A stretch of DNA of 64,000 bases from an uncultured Candidatus Saccharibacteria bacterium (GCA_964582465.1 CAZOQX010000002.1:7379-71378); one strand, 5' to 3'. Positions 47,740 through 56,759 are shown, counted from the first letter of the stretch. The notes: a model not told the origin generated them from the sequence alone. Numbers and translations: made by a program.

Positions 47740-49527
47740 GTGAAGTTCGCAACTGTCAGACGGATGTGGCAGCTTTTGCGGGACGACCCCCTCAACGTAG
47801 AGCAGGTAACACGCCTGAAGCGAGTGGCACTTCGCACGCTTGGTTGGCTAATGCTAACCGAGCTAATGATCGTGCTTGCGATCTACCCGCTCAAGTACTT
47901 CTTCGATGCCATCGCCAAGCCCAACCAACGCTTCTTCGGCCTGAGCCAGGTGCCGTTCATGCTGGTAATCGGCGCCATGTCGCTTGCTACCTACCTGGCC
48001 ACGTCGCTCGCTAACTTCAAAAACGAGATCGGCCGCAATGAAGGGTCCTGGCTGTTCTACGTCATGGTGAACGATTTCGGCAACCGTAAACAGTTGTCGC
48101 TCGGAGCCGATTGGCACACCGAAAACTCCACGGGCGATAAGGAGTCGGTGTTGTCGAAGAACCACAAGAAAGTCGACAACATGGTGGACTGGCTCATCTA
48201 CTTCATCGCGCCCTTAAGCTTCAAACTGGTCTTTGTGACTGTGGCACTCGCGGTCATTAACTGGCAATTTGGTCTGCTCACCTTGGTGACAGAGCTCGCC
48301 TTCTTCGCGGTAATTCGCCGCAACGAGCGGGTGATTTCGCCTTTGCGCAAGGAGCATCGGCGTTTCACTAAGCAAATTGAGCGGGAGGATTCGGAGCTTG
48401 CCGGGTCTGCTACCACTATTAAGGAGCAGGGTATTGAAGACAAGCTGGCTGACGACCATCGCTCGCTGGGCCGACTATTCCTGGAAACAGAGGGCGGTCG
48501 CTACAAGCGTTTCCGTACGCTCATCTGGTATCAGGATCAAATCCTGGACCTTTCACGCCTGGCCATCCTGGCGCTGTCGTACTTGAACTTTCGGCAGGGG
48601 CTATCGATTGGCAGTGTTGTGCTCGCGAACTCCTGGCTAGCTTGGTTGTTCAGCGATCTGTGGCGCTTCTCGGAGTTTCAGAACATTCTAAATCAGGGGG
48701 TCGAAGCACTAGGCGAACTAGTGGAGCTATTTGAAACCGAGCCGACCATTCAGACGCCGGCTCGCCCGCAGTGGCCGCCGGCTGTGCAGGGTCGGATTGA
48801 GCTGCGGCAGGTTTCGTTCGAGTACCCGCGTGGTCAGATCGCCCTCACAGACATTGACCTCACCGTCGATCCGGGAATGACGGTGGCTCTGGTCGGCCCG
48901 TCGGGTGGCGGCAAGACGACCTTGGCGCGGCTGGTGATGCACCAGTACGACCCCTCGGCTGGTGAAATCTTAGTGGACGGCGTGAATCTGCGCGACATCG
49001 ACGACAAGCGCTACCGCTCGGAATTACTCGGTGTGGTGGCGCAAGATCCAGGTCTTTTTAACCGCTCAGTGCGGGAAAATATCCGGATCGCAAAGCCCGG
49101 TGCGAGCGACGATGAGGTCTTGGGGGCCGCTCGTCAAGCGGCGGCGGAGGTCTTCATTCAATCCTTGCCTCAGGGCTTTGACACTCTGGTGGGCGAGGGT
49201 GGCGTGAAGCTTTCCGGTGGGCAGCGTCAGCGCATTGCCATGGCCCGGGCCTTTTTGCGTCGGCCGGCTATCCTGATCCTGGATGAGCCCACCAGCTCAC
49301 TGGATGCAGTGAATCAGCTGCTGATTAAGCAAACGATTACGCGGCTGGCCGCCAGTCGGAGCTCGACTATCCTGATCATCGCGCATCGTTTCAGCACCAT
49401 CGAGATGGCTGATCTGGTAGTGGTGCTGGAAGATGGACGCATTTCCGAGATGGGCACCCATGCTGAACTGGCGCGTCGGAATGGACTGTACATGAGACTG
49501 CGGCAGCTGGAGGGGCTGCTGGATTAA
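47740..49527 (+). CDS. ABC exporter, fused permease + ATPase (type I exporter fold)
   Basis: GTG start after AAAGGGGAAGG; 5-6 TM helices; Walker A GPSGGGKTT, signature LSGGQRQRIAMARA, Walker B ILILDEPTSSLD. Confidence 0.85.
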   Translation: MKFATVRRMWQLLRDDPLNVEQVTRLKRVALRTLGWLMLTELMIVLAIYPLKYFFDAIAKPNQRFFGLSQVPFMLVIGAMSLATYLATSLANFKNEIGRNEGSWLFYVMVNDFGNRKQLSLGADWHTENSTGDKESVLSKNHKKVDNMVDWLIYFIAPLSFKLVFVTVALAVINWQFGLLTLVTELAFFAVIRRNERVISPLRKEHRRFTKQIEREDSELAGSATTIKEQGIEDKLADDHRSLGRLFLETEGGRYKRFRTLIWYQDQILDLSRLAILALSYLNFRQGLSIGSVVLANSWLAWLFSDLWRFSEFQNILNQGVEALGELVELFETEPTIQTPARPQWPPAVQGRIELRQVSFEYPRGQIALTDIDLTVDPGMTVALVGPSGGGKTTLARLVMHQYDPSAGEILVDGVNLRDIDDKRYRSELLGVVAQDPGLFNRSVRENIRIAKPGASDDEVLGAARQAAAEVFIQSLPQGFDTLVGEGGVKLSGGQRQRIAMARAFLRRPAILILDEPTSSLDAVNQLLIKQTITRLAASRSSTILIIAHRFSTIEMADLVVVLEDGRISEMGTHAELARRNGLYMRLRQLEGLLD

Positions 49528-49652
49528 ATCCTGTGGTAATAAACTACGGGAGAGAGCCCTGCGTTTTAAGCGCGGGGCTCTTTTCTATTGACTAGGCTGA
49601 CTCAAAACACTATATTTTGGTCACTCGTTGACATCTGTTAGGGGGTGGGGAA

Positions 49653-50015
49653 TTGGTTCCGCGAATTGCCGCCGCTGCCTTAGCCGTCGCAGTAGCATGG
49701 GCCATGATTCTCCTGGTGGCCCAGGTCAATCAAGGTGAGGCAGAGCTGGCTGCTCTAGTCTTCTTCTCGCTGCCGTGCGGCCTGTGGGGATATTTCGTGC
49801 CGGCGGATTTGGAAAGCGCCTTCCTTTCCGGCGCCCTGACGCTGTCAGGGATTATCCTGCTGGTTGTGGCTATCTCGGGCGAAGTGAGCTGGCGAGGGAT
49901 GCGACTGGCAGGGCAGATGTTCATGGTGGGTGGCATTTCCGTGGGCCTGGCCTGTATTACCAAGCACCGTCTCCTGCGTGCACAGCAACTTTGGAGGGAG
50001 TCGAAAACACGATGA
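49653..50015 (+). CDS. small membrane protein (3-4 TM), GC-rich
   Basis: TTG 49653 (or ATG 49704); stop overlaps next start (ATGA). Confidence 0.4.
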   Translation: MVPRIAAAALAVAVAWAMILLVAQVNQGEAELAALVFFSLPCGLWGYFVPADLESAFLSGALTLSGIILLVVAISGEVSWRGMRLAGQMFMVGGISVGLACITKHRLLRAQQLWRESKTR

Positions 50016-50419
50016 ACGCCTACCGGTTGTGGTTGTTCTTGGCAGCACTTGGCCTGATCGGCGCCGTGATCCTGGTGTTCCACCCCTGGAGCAAGAGTCA
50101 GCACAAGTTCGCGCTGTCATTCCAGGAAGTGGTTCGGGAACACCTGGAGAAACGTGGGCTTTCCGACGACAGCATCGAGCGCTGGCTGGATTATCCGAAT
50201 GCGCAACTGCAAGGTCGGACACCCCGCCAGGTGCTTCAAGACGGGGACGGTCCACTTGTGCTGGATCTGGCCGACAACTGTCCGGAGGGTGTGCGCTTTC
50301 CTCACTTCGGCCACTCTCATCACATCCGGCTGGACACGGTGGGAAACCTGCTTCCTCTTAGCTCTCCGGACTGCAATCTCTCCGGCTGGGAGCTGCTGCG
50401 ATCGAGCAGAGGCAGGTGA
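50012..50419 (+). CDS. signal-anchored protein with DUF2384-like (Xre/MbcA/ParS antitoxin C-terminal) domain
   Basis: N-terminal TM; SIERWLDYPNAQLQGRTPRQVLQDGDGPLVLDL resembles DUF2384 consensus. Confidence 0.4.
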   Translation: MNAYRLWLFLAALGLIGAVILVFHPWSKSQHKFALSFQEVVREHLEKRGLSDDSIERWLDYPNAQLQGRTPRQVLQDGDGPLVLDLADNCPEGVRFPHFGHSHHIRLDTVGNLLPLSSPDCNLSGWELLRSSRGR

Positions 50420-50519
50420 GCGAAATTAGACTGGGCGGGGCAAAAGAAGCTCCGCCCAGGAGGGCCTCGAGGTAACTCGGGGCCGCCGCTGTTTTAAAAG
50501 GATTAATTGATTATAATCT

Positions 50520-51860
50520 TTGGAAGAGGTGCGCTCTTTGCAAAGAGAGGTAATTGTGAACACGCCCCTGGAAGAGCTAGTTGCACTGATCAGCAAGGGT
50601 TTGTTTGGCACGGAGCAATTTCTCCCGGTCGCTTTTGCGGTAAGCGATCGTCGTAGCGATGGCCAGCCATTTTCTCCTCGTGACCTTAACGCTCGGGCTA
50701 CGTCTGTGCCCAACATGCTGCGTCGTCTGGAAAAACTGGAGTTGATAGAGCCATATGATCAGCCCGGTGCACGCAAGCAGTACACTGTTTTCGATGGTCC
50801 GCTTTGGCGAGTTATTGAGGTCACTCAGGGGGCTCTGAAGGATATCAGTCTAGATCGGGGCTGGGAGCCGCCGGAGCAGCCGGGCTTTGGTCCGGCCAAC
50901 TGGAAGGATCTTGAGGAGTACTACCATTTCTGGGGCCGTTACACCACGGGCTCGTTGTTGCGTCTGGCCTACTTGATCTGGATCAGCCATTTGCCGGAAG
51001 CGGAGTTTTGGCCGACGGATCTGATGAGGTTAGTACCTCGGATGCACAACCCGATGAGCCAGCTCGAGGCGCTGGCGCGGCTGGAGATGGCGAGCGGCTT
51101 TAACGTCGATCAGCAGTGGGTACGTTTGCCTAATCCCCTCTGGGAGATCGGGGTGACATTGGGCGAAGTTTTGCCCGAGCTACTGGAGGAGAGGCGCGCC
51201 ATTTCCTCGCCCAGGCGATTCAAGCTGCCACCATTGCCCGAGATAAAGGATATTCCGATTGATCTGGAGCAGAAGATGGCTGGTCGCGGCGGGTTGGTCC
51301 CAGTTTTAGGGGACGACCCTCTAGTCCACATTGCTCCGATCGAAAAACGTGATATCGAGAACTGGAAGGTCCAAAAAGGGGTGTTCGTGAGAGGCGGCCC
51401 GACCAAGAGCAACGTGGTGGCCGCGAGCTCGCAAACACTGTGCAGGAAGCATACCTCTGAGCGCTTGAGTGCCGAGATCGAACCCGACTGCGAGAAGTGC
51501 TTAGCCGTAGCGCGATCCACTTACAACTATCGAAGTGCGACCGAGGTGATCGAAGTCCGCCGTGCCTACAAGGCTGCCATGGTCGAGGCCTACAACAACG
51601 TCGAGGTAGTCTATACTTACCGCGAGGTTATGAAACTAAGTTCGCTTGATCTACTGGTCGGTCATTGGGCCATCGTAACTGATGGAAACCTAATCGTCGC
51701 ACTCAGGCGAGTCGATCCCACCTACTACGATCTTGTGGCAGCTCCGCCTCTATTCTGGTTTTTTAGTAACAGCTGGGGGCGGATAGGCTGGAGCCTGAGT
51801 GATGCCTTCGACCCTGGTTGGCGAAAAAGAATTGGCCAGAGCCGAGAATCAGCCCGCTGA
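50520..51860 (+). CDS. hypothetical protein (446 aa)
   Basis: TTG start; followed by hairpin terminator 51866-51905. Confidence 0.5.
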   Translation: MEEVRSLQREVIVNTPLEELVALISKGLFGTEQFLPVAFAVSDRRSDGQPFSPRDLNARATSVPNMLRRLEKLELIEPYDQPGARKQYTVFDGPLWRVIEVTQGALKDISLDRGWEPPEQPGFGPANWKDLEEYYHFWGRYTTGSLLRLAYLIWISHLPEAEFWPTDLMRLVPRMHNPMSQLEALARLEMASGFNVDQQWVRLPNPLWEIGVTLGEVLPELLEERRAISSPRRFKLPPLPEIKDIPIDLEQKMAGRGGLVPVLGDDPLVHIAPIEKRDIENWKVQKGVFVRGGPTKSNVVAASSQTLCRKHTSERLSAEIEPDCEKCLAVARSTYNYRSATEVIEVRRAYKAAMVEAYNNVEVVYTYREVMKLSSLDLLVGHWAIVTDGNLIVALRRVDPTYYDLVAAPPLFWFFSNSWGRIGWSLSDAFDPGWRKRIGQSRESAR

Positions 51861-52034
51861 AGTGTGCATGAGGCACTGCTTCGGCGGGCCTCATGTTTTA
51901 ATAATCACTTTGTAGTTAAAGCTACAACTATCCGCAACAGATCGAACAAGTTATTTCTGAAGCTTTTTGGTCCTATCTTATCGAGAAGTAGTAAAATTAG
52001 TGTTCAGATATACTGCTTATGCTAAAATAGCAGC

Positions 52035-53447
52035 ATGGAAAGTGCACAGGCACCGTTAAGGTGGAGTCGTGTCCGCAAGGTTCTGCATTATGGGCAGATC
52101 ACTCTTTCTGTCCTCATCCTTATTGCTGGCATCGGCGATATTGTATTTAAGCAGTATTATGCCCACCGCATTTACCCGGGCGTAAAGGTGCTGGGTTATA
52201 ACATCGGTGGTAAAACTCCGGCTCAGGCCGAGCAATATTTGAACCAAAAAGTGTCAGCGTACAGTCCGCAGCTGGTGATTGGAGAGCAAATCTACCCTCT
52301 CGATCCAACTAAATCGGGCGTCAGCTATAATATCTCTGCCATGGTGGCTGTGGCAGATCAGTATGGTAAGCACGAGCTGTTCGCGCCGTCGGCCTTAATC
52401 AATCCGCCTGATAGTCTAGGGACAGCCTACAACGTTGACCAGGCCAAGCTTAAAGCCTTCAGTGCTCAAATTATTACTACCACCAGGGTTGACCCAAAAA
52501 ACGCTACAGTGAAGCTCCAAGATAATCAACCGGTGGTGGTGCCTGAGTGCGATGGCGCCGCCATTTCCCAAAATGACCTGCTCGTAGCGATGGAGATTGG
52601 CTTGTCTAAGCATTACCAGTCAGTCGACGTCGCCCTGAAAAGCGTGCCGGCCCAGATCAAATCGACCGACTTAACGGCTACAGTCGTTGCCACCAAGCAG
52701 CTCCTGGCTGCGCCGCTGACCCTGACTTATCAAGACAGGGCGTTTAAACCAACTAGTAGCGAAATTGCAAGCTGGGTGGTATTTGCGAACGACCCACAGC
52801 TCAAGGACCAGGCCACGGTTGACCAGGGCAAGGTGGCGGAGTATATCAAACAGATAGCAAAACAGATTGACATCGCGCCGGTCAATAAAAACATCTCCTT
52901 ACAAAACGGGGTGAAGCAAGGGGAGAGTGGTGGGGTTAACGGTTTGGCTGTCGACCAAGATAGTATGAAGACGGCGGTGGTGGATAGCCTAATGAACCAG
53001 CATAACTTCACTCTGGCAGTCGCAACCAAGCCAGTAGCCTATAAGACGGTCACAAATAATACGCTAAGCTTAGACGGCAAATACATTGAGGTGAACTTGA
53101 GTAGCCAGCACCTGTGGGCTTATCAGGATCACGAAGTACTGTACAATTCGCCGCTAACGTCCGGCGCCGCCAAAGTCGGCTTGGGCACAGTCACAGGTCT
53201 CTTCAGTATTTACTACAAGACGACTAATACTCACTTGGTGGGGCCGGGCTATGATGTGGCTGTACAGTACTGGATGCCCTTTTACAAAGGCTACGGCCTG
53301 CATGACGCTGCCTGGCGTAATGGTATTTTCGGCGGACCCGATTACTTCTGGAACGGATCGCATGGCTGCGTGAATTTGCCGCTGGCCACAGCCGCCTGGC
53401 TTTACGGCTGGGCTCCTGTCGGTACGCCTGTCTGGGTGCATAACTAG
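52035..53447 (+). CDS. L,D-transpeptidase (YkuD domain) with N-terminal TM and long extracytoplasmic region
   Basis: C-terminal YGLHDAAWRNG...SHGCVNLP catalytic His/Cys motif. Confidence 0.75.
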   Translation: MESAQAPLRWSRVRKVLHYGQITLSVLILIAGIGDIVFKQYYAHRIYPGVKVLGYNIGGKTPAQAEQYLNQKVSAYSPQLVIGEQIYPLDPTKSGVSYNISAMVAVADQYGKHELFAPSALINPPDSLGTAYNVDQAKLKAFSAQIITTTRVDPKNATVKLQDNQPVVVPECDGAAISQNDLLVAMEIGLSKHYQSVDVALKSVPAQIKSTDLTATVVATKQLLAAPLTLTYQDRAFKPTSSEIASWVVFANDPQLKDQATVDQGKVAEYIKQIAKQIDIAPVNKNISLQNGVKQGESGGVNGLAVDQDSMKTAVVDSLMNQHNFTLAVATKPVAYKTVTNNTLSLDGKYIEVNLSSQHLWAYQDHEVLYNSPLTSGAAKVGLGTVTGLFSIYYKTTNTHLVGPGYDVAVQYWMPFYKGYGLHDAAWRNGIFGGPDYFWNGSHGCVNLPLATAAWLYGWAPVGTPVWVHN

Positions 53448-53512
53448 TCGCCGTATAAATTACAACACTAGTTATTTCATATCTGTTAAGTTGGGCCTGA
53501 TATAATTGGCTT

Positions 53513-54499
53513 ATGCCTAAAGAGCAGTTTTCCGAAGAGTCTAATTACACCGCGGACAGTGATTTTGATCAGCCTAGGCGGCACATTCTGCGCAACGTCT
53601 TATTGGTGCTATTTGCAGTCTTGTTCTTGGCGCTTGGTGTCGTCATTTATAATCTCTCAAAAATTTCGGTTAATCCGCTTGGTTTCGGCCCCCTGGCCGG
53701 CTCCAGCGAAGGTCGGATTAATATCTTGGTCCTTGGCATTGGTGACCCCGGCCACGCCGGTCAAAACCTATCTGATACCACCATGGTGGTAAGTTTAGAT
53801 ACCAAGGACCATAAAGCCGCCATCTTTAGTCTGCCCCGAGATCTTCGGGTAAAAATTCCTGGTTACGGTTACGCCAAGGTTAATCAGGCTAATTCAATCG
53901 GGGGACCGGAGCTGGCTGAGCAAACTGTGGCAAATACCCTCGGTATACCCATCCATTACTACATGGTGACGGACTTTACCGGGTTGCGCGATCTGGTGAA
54001 CGCAGTGGGCGGCATCGATATTACCGTGAGAAAAGAGCTGTATGATCCGGAGTATCCCTGCGACAGTAATCAATATCTTGCCTGCGGCATTGATATCCAA
54101 CCTGGACAGTATCACATGGATGGGGGCTTGGCCCTCCAGTACGCCCGCTGCCGTAAGGGGACCTGCGGCAATGATTTCGGTCGCGCCGAACGCCAACAAG
54201 AAGTGCTGCAACAGATTAGGGAGCGTGCTTTTCGCTGGCAGACCTATATCGATCCAGCCAAGCTCACTGCCATTTCGGTAGCCTTAAGTCGCAGCTTAAA
54301 GACTGATCTAACTGTAGACGATATGATCGAAGTTGGCGCCCTGTGGCACCGGATTCCTCCCGGGAACTCTAAGAGTATTGTTTTTAGCGACGCTCCGGGG
54401 CATTTTCTAATGGGTGTACATGGCAGTAGCGATCTGGTCCCGGCCGATGGCAATTTTAGTCAGATTCAAAACTATGTTTCTAATATTTTTAGCCAGTAG
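53513..54499 (+). CDS. LytR-CpsA-Psr (LCP) family cell-wall polymer transferase
   Basis: N-terminal TM; RINILVLGIGDPG...SDTTMVVSLD...SLPRDL LCP core. Confidence 0.8.
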   Translation: MPKEQFSEESNYTADSDFDQPRRHILRNVLLVLFAVLFLALGVVIYNLSKISVNPLGFGPLAGSSEGRINILVLGIGDPGHAGQNLSDTTMVVSLDTKDHKAAIFSLPRDLRVKIPGYGYAKVNQANSIGGPELAEQTVANTLGIPIHYYMVTDFTGLRDLVNAVGGIDITVRKELYDPEYPCDSNQYLACGIDIQPGQYHMDGGLALQYARCRKGTCGNDFGRAERQQEVLQQIRERAFRWQTYIDPAKLTAISVALSRSLKTDLTVDDMIEVGALWHRIPPGNSKSIVFSDAPGHFLMGVHGSSDLVPADGNFSQIQNYVSNIFSQ

Positions 54500-54517
54500 C
54501 GAGCAGAAAGGGCAGCA

Positions 54518-54841
54518 ATGAAATACATTATGGCGCAGTACAAAGTTAAGTCGGGCAGGCAGGCCGAAGTTTGGCCATTGGTACGTGACTTTGTGGCGGC
54601 GGTTACGGCCAATGAGCCCGGCACTTTGTATTACGACGCCTACGTCCAAAAAGACAATGTGACGTTCGTTCACGCGATGGCTTTTCGCGACGCAGCGGCC
54701 GAAAAAATTCACACGTCGAGTGGCTACGTTAAAACATTTGTGGGCGCACTTTATCCACTTTGTGTGACGCCGCCGGAATTTTATGACATGAAATTGGTAG
54801 CCTCCAAAACGGCGCCGACCAAGTCTAAGCTAAAAGGCTAG
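54518..54841 (+). CDS. antibiotic-biosynthesis-monooxygenase (ABM/Dabb) domain protein
   Basis: Ferredoxin-like ~100 aa, YgiN-like pattern. Confidence 0.55.
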   Translation: MKYIMAQYKVKSGRQAEVWPLVRDFVAAVTANEPGTLYYDAYVQKDNVTFVHAMAFRDAAAEKIHTSSGYVKTFVGALYPLCVTPPEFYDMKLVASKTAPTKSKLKG

Positions 54842-54844
54842 TAC

Positions 54845-54890
54845 GAAAAAACGGCTCTTTCAAGCCGTTCTTTCGTGATTTTTTGTTTTG
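54845..54890 (+). terminator. rho-independent terminator
   Basis: AACGGCT-CTTTCA-AGCCGTT hairpin followed by T-rich tract. Confidence 0.6.
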
Positions 54891-55100
54891 AGTACTTTTT
54901 TTGTACAAGTACCTATAGCTAATGTAATACAGGTGAAATCACACTGTCAATACTTTTTATGTTAAAAAGTCCAACTTTTTTTGTTGCATTGTGCGAACGC
55001 CAAATTTTGAAAGTCGCCCGCACGCAATGTTTGGCATTTTGGTGGCTAGCGTTTTTGCGGTGCGGTCTTTACAATCGCTAAGTTATGTGAGGAAAAAGTT

Positions 55101-55718
55101 ATGCGCGTAACGAAGTATCCGCAGTCATGTTTGGTAGTTGAAAAAGGCCCGACGAGGGTGCTGATAGATCCCGGCTCAATCGCCATGGGTAAACATAAAT
55201 TGGCCGATTTCGGCAAACTCGATGCAGTGTTGTACACCCACGAACACCAGGATCATTTCGACCAATCGATCTTGGATGATCTAAAGGAGCAGGGCATTAA
55301 AATTTACGCCAATGCTTCGACAGCCAAGCTGATTGGCGAGGGCGCGGAGGTGGTGCAAAGTGGTCAGAAATTCAAGGTTGGGGAGTTTGAAATCGAGCCT
55401 TTCGATCTGGCGCACTGCCCGATGGGTGAGATGGGCGGCGAGCCGCCGCAAAACACTGGCTACTTCATTGACGGCTACTTTTTTGACGCTGGTGATGGCT
55501 ATGAAGCCAGTGGCCGCACCGCCAAAGTTGCAGCCTTGGCAATAGCTGGCCCAACAATTACGCTCGACGGGGCCGTTAAGATGGCGACTGATCTGGGCGC
55601 AGATAAAGTAATCCCGATTCACTATGATTATTTCAAAAACGACCCACACGAATTTGCGGCCCGCTACGGCCCCGACAAGGTGATTGTGCTCGGTGACGGG
55701 GAAGAGACGGAGGTTTAG
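55101..55718 (+). CDS. MBL-fold metallo-hydrolase
   Basis: HEHQDH (HxHxDH) motif. Confidence 0.7.
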   Translation: MRVTKYPQSCLVVEKGPTRVLIDPGSIAMGKHKLADFGKLDAVLYTHEHQDHFDQSILDDLKEQGIKIYANASTAKLIGEGAEVVQSGQKFKVGEFEIEPFDLAHCPMGEMGGEPPQNTGYFIDGYFFDAGDGYEASGRTAKVAALAIAGPTITLDGAVKMATDLGADKVIPIHYDYFKNDPHEFAARYGPDKVIVLGDGEETEV

Positions 55719-56281
55719 CCTAGTAAGTAGTCCCTTAATTCCGGAAATTGATCTGTTTTCATGTCGCCTAAGGTAAAGTGACCACGATCCGCAAATTTTT
55801 CGAATTGGGCCTTTGGTAATTTGGCTTGGAGCAACTTTACTGTGGTCAAAATATCTGCATCGTCATCTGATGAGTAGAATACTTTTAGGCTTTTAATGCG
55901 ATTTAGTAGATCTGGATCAATTGCAAATTCGAAGAAGTTATTGGCAATTGTCCTTTCTGGGTCCATCCAGGGGGCCACAAGAGCGACTTTGCCAACCTTG
56001 ACGGAATTTTCGCTGAGCCATCGTACCAAAAAACCCGCCCCACAGCTGTGGCCAACCAGAACCGTACTAGCGTTAATAGTATTTCCCTCAAATAACTTCT
56101 TCCAGTTGCTGTAATTAGGACTGTAAGGCTTTGGCATCTCGGGGGTTTGTGTTTCCAGCCCAGTTTTTGTTAATTGTTTTTGCAGCCAGGGGAACCAATG
56201 GCTATTGGATAGGGAGGGATACTTGTCGCTAAAGAACTCCTCTTTATCGCAGCACCCGTGGACGAGAATAGCGTTTTTCAT
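55715..56281 (-). CDS. alpha/beta hydrolase (YdeN/RBBP9-like serine hydrolase)
   Basis: GHSCG nucleophile elbow, ~190 aa. Confidence 0.7.
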   Translation of the reverse strand: MKNAILVHGCCDKEEFFSDKYPSLSNSHWFPWLQKQLTKTGLETQTPEMPKPYSPNYSNWKKLFEGNTINASTVLVGHSCGAGFLVRWLSENSVKVGKVALVAPWMDPERTIANNFFEFAIDPDLLNRIKSLKVFYSSDDDADILTTVKLLQAKLPKAQFEKFADRGHFTLGDMKTDQFPELRDYLLG

Positions 56282-56283
56282 TG

Positions 56284-56736
56284 TTAACCCTTCAACTTTC
56301 GGCCGAGTTCGCGCTCGGTATCGCGCTTTTTAATACTTTCACGCTTGTCGTATTTCTTCTTGCCTTGGCCCAGGCCAATTTCCACTTTAATAAGGTTGTG
56401 GTCAAGCACGATGGCGGTTGGAATTGCTACCAGCCCGGCCTTTTTTTGTCCAATAATGCGCTCTAGTTCGCGTCGATGGAGGAGCAGTTTGCGGCTGCGC
56501 GTCGGTTCGGCGTTATTTTCGGCAGCTGGGGCGTAGGGATTAATTTGGGCATTGAGAAGGTAGGCCTCACGGGACTTTACGGTCACATAACTGCCGGCGA
56601 GGGAGGCATGGCCGCCGCGTAGACTCTTCACCTCCGGACCTGATAGGACAATTCCTGCAAGCAGGGTCTCGGTGATGGCGTAGTCGAACTTGGCGCGTTT
56701 GTTTTTAACCAAAACCTTCATAGCTTGATTATACAA
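56284..56736 (-). CDS. smpB: SsrA-binding protein SmpB
   Basis: NKRAKFDY...GPEVKSLRGG...LLLHRRELE...KKYDKRE signature. Confidence 0.88.
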   Translation of the reverse strand: MYNQAMKVLVKNKRAKFDYAITETLLAGIVLSGPEVKSLRGGHASLAGSYVTVKSREAYLLNAQINPYAPAAENNAEPTRSRKLLLHRRELERIIGQKKAGLVAIPTAIVLDHNLIKVEIGLGQGKKKYDKRESIKKRDTERELGRKLKG

Positions 56737-56759
56737 GCATAAGTATTGGCTGATATAAT

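Noticed and set aside
45018-51905. Direct repeat of ssrA 3' end (attR) and integrase gene
   Set aside because: No copy of CGATTCCCCGCAGCTCCACCA or a long sub-string was seen downstream, and no tyrosine or serine recombinase-like ORF is present. Island status therefore rests on composition and position only.
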